From: an uncultured delta proteobacterium
GTDB taxonomy: Bacteria > Desulfobacterota > Binatia > UBA9968
Assembly: GCA_963727625.1 (NCBI GenBank)
Contig: CAVSHR010000008.1
Span: forward strand, 64,001 to 128,000
Direction: 5' to 3'
Length of the DNA stretch: 64,000 bases
A program made the translations under genes and the position numbers. Below are positions 21,440 to 29,152 of this stretch, in pieces. Below the pieces are notes generated by a model that was not told the DNA's origin, searched no databases, and saw nothing but the letters and a program-made list of their open reading frames with translations. The stretch's first letter is position 1. Each line of letters starts with the position of its first letter.

Positions 21440-21473
21440 GCGAGCGTGGCGGAATGGCAGACGCAGTGGACTC
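21440..21473 (+). pseudogene. tRNA-Leu 5' exon (to first anticodon base)
   Basis: GCGAGCGTGGCGGAATGGCAGACGCAGTGGACTC directly followed by a group I intron; TATAAC lies at 21422. Confidence 0.8.
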
Positions 21474-21660
21474 AAACCAAACTTGAGTGCTTGTGCGGGA
21501 AACCGCCGATGTAGAACTGCTCAAAGTCGGGGAAGCCTGTAACATGGTAATCCCGAGCCAAGCCCCTTAAGCAGGGGAAGGTGTAGAGACTAGACGGGCA
21601 GCACCTAAGTAACGGATTCGATCCGCGATATGGTGAAGGGATAGTCCAGACTCCAAACCG
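21474..21660 (+). ncRNA. Group I intron core (tRNA-Leu type), 3' end apparently missing
   Basis: P1 ACTCAA/TTGAGT; P3 CTGCTC/GGGCAG; P4 TCGGG/CCCGA; R element GTAGAGACTAGA; S element AAGGGATAGTCC (P7 GACTA/TAGTC). Confidence 0.88.
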
Positions 21661-21736
21661 GTTGTCATAACATCAGGCATGAGACATCAACGTGCATTGA
21701 ATCGGAAGTCCATTTCGCTCACGTCCGACCGAGCGA

Positions 21737-22351
21737 CTAATCGCAGCAAGTATCGCCACGTAGGGCTTCGATTCCTTCTTTAGCGATGATCGGAACCATC
21801 GCCAAAGCGGCTACTGGATCAGCCCACCACCAACCAAATAGAGCGTAAAGTCCGAGGCCGAGCACAAGGATTGCTGACAAATAAGCGCAAATGTCGGTCT
21901 GCCTAGAATCGGCGTGCATGGCTTGGCTCTTGATCGACGAAGCCACTTTGCGTTTGGCCGATGCGAGAAGGGGCATCACGATTAAGGATAAGATTGCCAC
22001 ACCGATACCAACATAACTTTTTTCCGGTGCCTCGCGAAACCACAGAGTCGTTACAGCATCGATCGCAACGTACGCGGCGAGCGCTAAAAAGCTGAAGCCG
22101 ACCAGTTTTAAGGCGATCTGCTCCCGATGTTCCCCGGAAACCAGACGCCACAGCAACACCGCTCCCGATGAGACTTCGATCACCGAATCAATGCCAAAGC
22201 CGACAAGCGCAACGCTCCCTGCAACGATACCGGCGCCGATAGATATGATGGCCTCGAGTGAGTTCCAGCCAATCGTGAGATATTCGAGTCTGCGCCCACG
22301 TCGGACAATAGCAGCACGGGGATTTTCTTGAGTTACAACTTCTATGCTCAT
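21737..22351 (-). CDS. Cation transporter (short CDF-like)
   Basis: WNSLEA, GSVALVGFGIDSVIE, ADSRQT and GWWWADPVAA; six TM segments. Confidence 0.85.
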   Translation of the reverse strand: MSIEVVTQENPRAAIVRRGRRLEYLTIGWNSLEAIISIGAGIVAGSVALVGFGIDSVIEVSSGAVLLWRLVSGEHREQIALKLVGFSFLALAAYVAIDAVTTLWFREAPEKSYVGIGVAILSLIVMPLLASAKRKVASSIKSQAMHADSRQTDICAYLSAILVLGLGLYALFGWWWADPVAALAMVPIIAKEGIEALRGDTCCD

Positions 22352-22520
22352 TTTTGAAATGTATCAGTCAGCACATAAACGGAGCAATACCGCTTGCAAG
22401 ACGATCTCTGTTCCGCACTAGATTGTTGCCCCTTGACCTGAATTTTGGTTTAAAGTTTTACATACCTTGTTAAAAACGGATGGCCACAATCATGGCACGG
22501 GCGGTGTCGGCGTCGGTGGA

Positions 22521-22559
22521 CCGTAATGGCTAAGGGTTCAACTCCCTCCGCCCGCACCA
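22521..22559 (+). pseudogene. tRNA-Leu-like 3' fragment (variable arm, T arm, acceptor, CCA)
   Basis: AGGG-TTCAACT-CCCT-CCGCCCGC-ACCA; CGCCCGC pairs 6/7 with GCGAGCG at 21440. Confidence 0.7.
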
Positions 22560-22632
22560 TCCTTTCTTACGGTCTTCCTTTTACCTCTGCTCTCTCCTAG
22601 AGCGGGCGGGTGCGAATAGCCAGTCAGTCCGT

Positions 22633-24933
22633 TTAGCTGGAGAACGCGAATTGATTCTCTCTGAATAGCTGTATGCATGCATCGGCGACGGCTACGTCAT
22701 AACTGCTGCCCCGGTGTGCCGAGATTTCCTCAAGGGCTCTCTCTATCCCGAGACCGGGCCGATACGGGCGGTGCGAGGCCATCGCCTCGACGGTGTCTGC
22801 CACTGCAAGGATTTTCGCGCCAATCAGGATCTCCGGGTCTTTCAGTCCGCGCGGATAGCCGGACCCGTCAAGCCGTTCGTGATGCTGATAAACGATTTGC
22901 GCAATCGGCCACGGGAAATCGATTTCCTTGAGGATGCTGTAACCCGCCTCGGCGTGGGTCTTGATCAGTTCATATTCCAATGAGGTGAGGCGCGAAGGTT
23001 TTGAGAGAATTTCGGCTGGCACCGTGAGTTTTCCAAGATCATGCACAATCCCGGCGAGACGAATGCCGTTAATCTCGTCCTCGGCTAGATTGAGTTTGCG
23101 AGCAATGGCCTCGGCAAGTTCAGCTACCCTGCGTTGGTGTCCCGCCGTGTAGGGGTCGCGCATATCTACGGTGGCAGCCATCGCGGATATAGTCCCTTCC
23201 ATACTACGTTTCAGACGTTCAGCGCTTTGCGCATGTGCCGCCCTAACCCTCAAGGTCGCTATGCCGAAGGCGAGATCATCCGCGAGCTCGCCGAGTAACC
23301 GGACTTCTTCTTGATCGAAGCCGTTCCGTTCCGCTGCATAGATGCTAAGCGCCCCGAACACACTGCCATTGTTTTGGAGCGGAGCGGCCAGCACCGAACC
23401 GTAACCAGTCCTGATCGCGTCATCTCGCCACGACGCATACCCTGGATCTTCAAGAACGTTCTGCACCAGTTGAATGCTTCGCGTCCGAATGGCTTTACCG
23501 ACAGGACCGCTCCCGAGTTCATTATCAGCCCAACTTCTTGTTTTACATGGTTCCGGGCAGCCGTCATCGTAGCCCCATTGGGCAACCTGCCGCACAGTCT
23601 TCTCGGCGTCACCCTCGGCATAGCCGATGCAGGCAACACGATAGCCGGCGATGTCAACAATAATGCGGCACAGTTCGCGCACCAGATCGTTTTCGTCTAT
23701 TGCGTGAATGATAGCATCGTTACAATGACTCAAGGCCGTCAATGCCCGGGTCAGTTTCCGCTGCGTAACCTCGGCCCCTTTGCGCTCGGTAACATCGCGA
23801 AAGAACCACACCCGCCCGTAATACGTGGAATCCGCGCCGAACATGCCGGAAGAATAGCGATCGATGGTTCGACCGTCCTTCAGCTCGATTTCTTCGTGGC
23901 TGGTCTCATCTTTGTGTTCGTAGAGAAATTGGACTCTCGTGACAAACGCCGCCGGATCGCTGACCTGCCCTCTGACGTTTTGCAACACCGGCGCGTCTAT
24001 GCCGGCGATTACCATCTCCTCAGGCACCTTCCACAAATCGACAAACTGCCGATTGTACGAAATGATCTCTGCCTGCTCGTTGACAACCAGGATGGCGTCC
24101 GGGGAAACCTGCTGCTGGGTCGTGAGCACAGCGTTCTTGAATTGCAACTCGTGCAGGATCTGCTGGCGACCCGTGATATCCCGGGCGTTAATGATAATCC
24201 CGCCGATCAGCGGATCATCGAGCACATTCTTGGTGATCGTCTCAAGCAGCAACCAATTTCCATTCTTATGCCGGTAGCGAAGTTCCGCACTGTTATTAGA
24301 TGTTCCCACCGTGTTTGCGGCAGGCGCTAGCATGGTCAGCGCAACGGTCAAATCGTCCGGGCACAAAAATTCCCTGATGTCGCGATTGAGGAATTCCGAG
24401 GGTTCGTATCCCAGGATTCGTTCGACGTTCGGGTTGGCGTAGGTGATCGTGCCCCGGCTGTCGACAATTGCAATCAAATCTGAACTGTTTTCGATCAAAG
24501 CTCGAAAGCGCCGATCATGATCAGCCACAGCCAGCTCGGATCGGTTGCGCTCGGTCGAGTCGCGCAAAACGAGTTGGAAACCTTTTTCATTTTCGTGGCG
24601 GTAAGAGGTTACAGTAATTTCAACGTCAACCGAGGTGCCATCTGCTTTTAGCAGTCGATCTTCAAAGCGGACTAGCCCGATCTTGCAGGCTTGGAGTTCT
24701 TTGATGCTCGCGTGAACCCTCTCCAGGGACGTTGGCGGAATGAAATCGAACACGGACTGCCCCACGATTTTCGCGGGGTGCGTAACTCCGAGCAGTTTCG
24801 CGCAAGCGTCATTGACAAGCACGATTTTTCCGTTCGTTTGGATAAGAATTCCGTCAGGAGAGAGTTCAAATAGGTGATGATAACGGTCATCTGATTCCCG
24901 CAGTAATCTGGCGCTAAGCTTTTCGGCATACAT
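22633..24933 (-). CDS. PAS-PAS-PAS-GAF-HD-GYP cyclic di-GMP phosphodiesterase
   Basis: PAS starts FELSPDGI, IENSSDLI and VSPDAILV; GAF domain; RDPYTAGHQRRV, HDLGK and HHERLDGSGYP. Confidence 0.93.
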   Translation of the reverse strand: MYAEKLSARLLRESDDRYHHLFELSPDGILIQTNGKIVLVNDACAKLLGVTHPAKIVGQSVFDFIPPTSLERVHASIKELQACKIGLVRFEDRLLKADGTSVDVEITVTSYRHENEKGFQLVLRDSTERNRSELAVADHDRRFRALIENSSDLIAIVDSRGTITYANPNVERILGYEPSEFLNRDIREFLCPDDLTVALTMLAPAANTVGTSNNSAELRYRHKNGNWLLLETITKNVLDDPLIGGIIINARDITGRQQILHELQFKNAVLTTQQQVSPDAILVVNEQAEIISYNRQFVDLWKVPEEMVIAGIDAPVLQNVRGQVSDPAAFVTRVQFLYEHKDETSHEEIELKDGRTIDRYSSGMFGADSTYYGRVWFFRDVTERKGAEVTQRKLTRALTALSHCNDAIIHAIDENDLVRELCRIIVDIAGYRVACIGYAEGDAEKTVRQVAQWGYDDGCPEPCKTRSWADNELGSGPVGKAIRTRSIQLVQNVLEDPGYASWRDDAIRTGYGSVLAAPLQNNGSVFGALSIYAAERNGFDQEEVRLLGELADDLAFGIATLRVRAAHAQSAERLKRSMEGTISAMAATVDMRDPYTAGHQRRVAELAEAIARKLNLAEDEINGIRLAGIVHDLGKLTVPAEILSKPSRLTSLEYELIKTHAEAGYSILKEIDFPWPIAQIVYQHHERLDGSGYPRGLKDPEILIGAKILAVADTVEAMASHRPYRPGLGIERALEEISAHRGSSYDVAVADACIQLFRENQFAFSS

Positions 24934-25380
24934 ATCGACTCTCTTGCTGCACCAGAGTCGTAGCGAAGAGCAGATTAAATATGTGTTGGTGCTGAGGCAT
25001 TAACTATCAAGTTTCCAGAAACCCACGAAACCAATTGAACTAGGATGAGCGTGCTTGCAAACTTAGGAAATCCGGTATGCGGCACGGTAACAAAGACGTC
25101 TATAACAACGCAGGCGCAAAGGTCGCGCCAAAAGACTTAAACCGCCAAGCATCTAAATTATCGACATTAATCCTTCGGTCGGGGGACCGGTATAACAGTT
25201 ACAATGACGAAATCTTCTATTTTTTGTACATATATGGACGAGATGAACTCGTATGGGCTGAAATTTCCCCCTGAATGTGCAGCTGTGAAGTGCGCGGCGA
25301 ATGCGAACGGTTCCCGTTTCTTTACAGATTTTCTTGTTCTGAACCTGTTGTAGGTTCGTAATGAGGCAGTTCAACTGGCT

Positions 25381-25475
25381 TGTGAGACTTACACATTTTC
25401 TTACACAGTCAGATTTTAATTTTCGAATATATTAATTATTACAGATAGTTAACATCAGAAGCAGAAGACTCAAAA
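25381..25475 (+). repeat. 95-bp att-like repeat, copy 2 (degenerate tRNA-Leu core)
   Basis: TGTGAGACTTACACATTTTCTTACACAGTCA-N33-ATAGTTAAC-ATCAGAAGCAGAAGACTCAAAA; ungapped alignment to copy 1. Confidence 0.85.
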
Positions 25476-25511
25476 TCTGATGCGGTCAGTTTGACCAACC
25501 TCAAGCGGGGT

Positions 25512-25540
25512 GGGAGCTATTGATTGCTAATCAATTGGTC
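25512..25540 (+). repeat. tRNA-Lys-like anticodon-arm fragment (related copies at 21091-21103 and 28388-28406)
   Basis: GGGAGCT-ATTGA-TTGCTAA-TCAAT-TGGTC forms a 5-bp stem with a 7-nt loop plus a variable-loop sequence; 17/19 match to 28388-28406. tRNA identity is inferred. Confidence 0.5.
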
Positions 25541-25632
25541 CCTCACAATCAATGGAAATCAAAAGACTTTTTTACGACTGTCCATGAATTTGTCCGTGGG
25601 ACTCCCGTGCGTTCCAACCAATTGCGCAAACA

Positions 25633-25923
25633 GCCTATGAGTGAGAACGCCATACTGGCGGCACTGCGGCGGATGGGTTACCCGAAAGAGAAATGACCGG
25701 CCATGGATTCCGCAGCATGGCGTCGACGCTGCTGCACGAACAAGGCTGGAATCATCAAGCGATCGAGCGCCAGCTTGCCCATGCCGAGCGCAACGCCGTA
25801 AGCGCGGCCTACAATTTCGCCGAGCACCTGCCGGAGCGGCGCAAGATGATGCAGGCTTGGGCGGATTATCTGGACGGGCTAAAAGCTGGGGCGGAATTGA
25901 TACCGTTGTTTAGGAAGGCGTAA
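25633..25923 (+). pseudogene. 3' fragment of a second copy of the P4-like integrase
   Basis: Near-identical to 13892-14183 (MTGHGFRSMASTLLHEQGW...WADYLD); no N-terminus and a 1-nt deletion near 25690. Confidence 0.9.
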
Positions 25924-26035
25924 GCCGGTCGATGTGAATCTAAATTCCCCCGATGAGGACTATCGGAAGATTCACGAGGAGATTCAGGAAGCCAGGCGAT
26001 GGTTGGCCGCGAAGAAAGATAAGCCGATCATCCAC

Positions 26036-26240
26036 TAATATGCGCTGCACCAGCTGTGCATGGCTCGCTACTTCTTGCGCGACTTTCACGGCGTCCAGCG
26101 CCAAAACCCGAATGCGATTACGGCGAATGTACTCTTGGGCGCGGGTAGGAATAGATTTCCATACCTGGGCGGGGTCGCGGCTTTGATGCTGCACGAAGAC
26201 GGTTCCGCCGGGGAATCAGGCCATCGAGCGGATATCGCGG
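26036..26240 (-). pseudogene. Internal fragment resembling 2-oxoacid:ferredoxin oxidoreductase
   Basis: GGTVFVQHQSRDPAQVWKSIPTRAQEYIRRNRIRVLALDAVKVAQEVAS; no start or end context. Boundaries approximate. Confidence 0.45.
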
Positions 26241-26434
26241 CTGCCGAGTCCGGCGGCGCCGTGGAGCGGGTATTGGGCACGGGTCAGGCGGTTTTCGTCA
26301 AACCTGCGAGAATTGCAGGCTAGATTTTTTAGCATTAAGGCAGTTTATAGGCGAAGCAAAACTAAAGGCCAAGCCATCTTAGTTCATGGCAGACGGCAAA
26401 CACTTTCAATCGTAAAGACCGCTGACGCGTTAGC

Positions 26435-28144
26435 TCACGGCACAAGCCCTGCAGCCTTCAGGGCTTTGTAGATCGTATAACCTCCGGACAGGTTCCTTGA
26501 GTGATACCCGTGCTGGGTTAGAAAACGGCTGGCGAAATACGCACGCTGTCCGACCGCGCAACACACCCAGATGTCGCGATCTTTTGGCAGCTCGGCGTAA
26601 CGGGAGCGCAGTTGGGAGAGCGGCAGGTTGATCGCCTTGGGTATGTGCCCGCGGCTAAACTCGTCGCCTTCGCGCACGTCGAGCAATAATGCGTCGGTGC
26701 GGTCAAGCTCCAGCCAATCTGCCACGGGCATGTCGCCATTCAGAACGTTCTCGGCAAGCATGCCGGCGAGGTTGACCGGGTCCTTGGCGGCGCCAAACTG
26801 CGGCGAGTAGCATAGCTCGGCCTCAGCCAGATCGTGCACCGTGCCGTGGAATTGAATTGCCGTGGCGATGACATCGATGCGCTTCTCCACGCCTTCAAAC
26901 CCCACCGCTTGTGCGCCGAGGATACGGCCGTCGGGCACGGAGAATACGAGTTTGAGATGGATCTGCCGCGCGCCGGGATAGTAGCCGGCGTGATGCCCCG
27001 GGTGAAGGTAGACTTTCTCGAAGCCCGTGACGCCGGCGCGTCGCAGTCCTTTCTCGCTCGCGCCGGTCGACGCGACGGTCAGACCCAACACGCCTACCAC
27101 GGCGGTCGCCTGCACGCCGCGGAACTGCGTCGTGCGCCCGGCGATCGACTCGGCGGCTACTCGTCCTTGCCGATTTGCCGGTCCCGCGAGAGGCAGCACC
27201 GTTTCTTGACCCGTAAGCACGTCTTGCACTTCAACGACGTCGCCCACCGCCCAGATACGGGGGTCGGTCGTGCGCATCTGCGCATCGACGACTATCCCGC
27301 CGCGCGGGCCGATCTCTAAACCGGCGTCCTTGGCAAGCGCGGTCTCGGGCCGCACCCCGATGGCCAGAATGACGAGATCTGCCGGCAAGCGTGCGCCGCT
27401 CTCTGCGACGACAACCAAGCCGGCGCCGTCGTGCTCTTCGATGCGCGCAAGCCCGTCGCCCAAACAGAGCTGCACGCCCTTAACAGCAAGGTGTTCCATC
27501 AGCGGCGCCGCCATCTCGGGGTCGAGCGGCGGCATGACCTGGGGCAGCTTCTCCAATACCGTGACGGCCAGCTCGCGATGGATCAAATTTTCGACCATCT
27601 CCAAGCCGATGAACCCGCCGCCGACCACAACGGCGGTCTTGGCGCTATGATCCGTAATCCACGAACGGATGCGGCGGGAGTCCGGGATCGTGCGCACGGC
27701 GAATACGCCGGGCAAATCTACGCCCGGGAGCTGGGGTCGAATCGGCGCGGCGCCGGGCGACAGGACAAGCGCATCGTAGTGCTCCGTGCGCCTGTGGCCT
27801 GTGCGGAGATCGCGCACGTTAATCGTGCCGGCGCTGCGGTCGATGCCAGTGGCCTCGGTATCGGTATGCACCTCGATATTGAAACGCTCATGAAACATTT
27901 CTCGCGACGCCACCAGCAGGCTGCTCTCATCAGAAATGACGTTGCCGACGTAGTACGGCAGCCCGCAGTTCGCGAACGAGACATACGGACCGCGGTCGAT
28001 CAAGACGATCTCGCTGGACTCGTCGAGCCGCCTCAACCGTGCCGCGCAGGAGGCGCCGCCCGCGACACCCCCGACAATGAGTACGCGACGGGGTGTCTCA
28101 CTGTTACGCGAAGCGGTTGACTGGGGGTCAGTTTGCTGGATCAT
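26435..28144 (-). CDS. CoA-disulfide reductase-like FAD oxidoreductase with rhodanese domain
   Basis: GGVAGGAS, SFANCGLPY, GGGFIGLE, YSPQFG and C-terminal LLDVRE...GHIP...CAVGQR; ATG 28144. Confidence 0.92.
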   Translation of the reverse strand: MIQQTDPQSTASRNSETPRRVLIVGGVAGGASCAARLRRLDESSEIVLIDRGPYVSFANCGLPYYVGNVISDESSLLVASREMFHERFNIEVHTDTEATGIDRSAGTINVRDLRTGHRRTEHYDALVLSPGAAPIRPQLPGVDLPGVFAVRTIPDSRRIRSWITDHSAKTAVVVGGGFIGLEMVENLIHRELAVTVLEKLPQVMPPLDPEMAAPLMEHLAVKGVQLCLGDGLARIEEHDGAGLVVVAESGARLPADLVILAIGVRPETALAKDAGLEIGPRGGIVVDAQMRTTDPRIWAVGDVVEVQDVLTGQETVLPLAGPANRQGRVAAESIAGRTTQFRGVQATAVVGVLGLTVASTGASEKGLRRAGVTGFEKVYLHPGHHAGYYPGARQIHLKLVFSVPDGRILGAQAVGFEGVEKRIDVIATAIQFHGTVHDLAEAELCYSPQFGAAKDPVNLAGMLAENVLNGDMPVADWLELDRTDALLLDVREGDEFSRGHIPKAINLPLSQLRSRYAELPKDRDIWVCCAVGQRAYFASRFLTQHGYHSRNLSGGYTIYKALKAAGLVP

Positions 28145-28434
28145 GCAACCTCCGATTGAAGGCAGTGTGCGTATCGTAAATCCAGTACAGGCGAAAACAG
28201 CTTCTTGGCTGCCATCGAGAACGCTCTGCAGTGAGCAGCAATCTGACGACCGTCCTGCCAAGTCCTCGCCTTCGCTCTGTGAGCTGCATCATAGAAACCG
28301 GCCGATCCCCTTGAATTGGATTTCCCTTCAATTGTCCCTCACAGGCTGCTGTTCCATGTCATGGCGAATCAAGCATTCGAGAGTTACTTGATTGCTAACC
28401 AAGTGGGCTTTCTGATCACAAGCATTCCAATCGA

Positions 28435-29152
28435 TCATTTGTTCCACACCTCAGCAGTCAGCGGCAGCTCATTGAGTTCAGCACGCGCGTCGCGCCAGGT
28501 GGGGTAATGCTTCTCAAGGAGTTCGATGAAGCGATCGCTGTGCGTCGGCGCCACGCAGATGCACCATTTCGTGCACGATCACGTATTCGAGCAGGTCTTT
28601 CGGCTTCTTCACCAGTTCGGTGTTGAGGCGGATGTGGCCGGCGCGGTGGTTGCAGCTTCCCCACTTGGTTTTCATCCGTTGCAGGAAATAGCCGGTGACT
28701 TTCACTTTCAGCTTCGGCTCCCATTTCTTGATGAGGGCAGGCACGGCTTCATGCAGCAGCGACTTGTGCCAGTCGTGAATGCATCTTGGCGCGCTTGGCC
28801 GCATCGCTGCCGGGGCGCACCGTGAGAGTGATGCGTTTGTGGTCGAGCGAAACGAAAGGCTTGGCGTCCCGGTAAACGACGGTCAGGAGGTGGCGCCGCC
28901 CCCAGAGATAGTGGCTCTCGCGTTCGACGAACTGGCGAGGTGTTTCCCGTGCTTGGCTTCGCAGATTTGTCTGCTGCTCGCGAATCCAGCCCAGCTTGGA
29001 GATCGCATAGGCGCGGGCGACATCTAGACGGGTTGCTGTGGGTGCCGACATTGTCACTCGCCCGTCCGGCGGATGGACAGAGAGGTGGACGTTCTTGATG
29101 TCCTTCCGCGTCACCCGATGGAAAGCTCTCCGAGCTGGATGGTCTCGGTCAT
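28435..29152 (-). pseudogene. M48/YgjP-like metallopeptidase following hsdR (frameshifted)
   Basis: RKDIKNVHLSVHPPDG, MKTKWGSC and YVIVHEMVH lie in different frames; TGATG overlap with hsdR. Confidence 0.85.
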
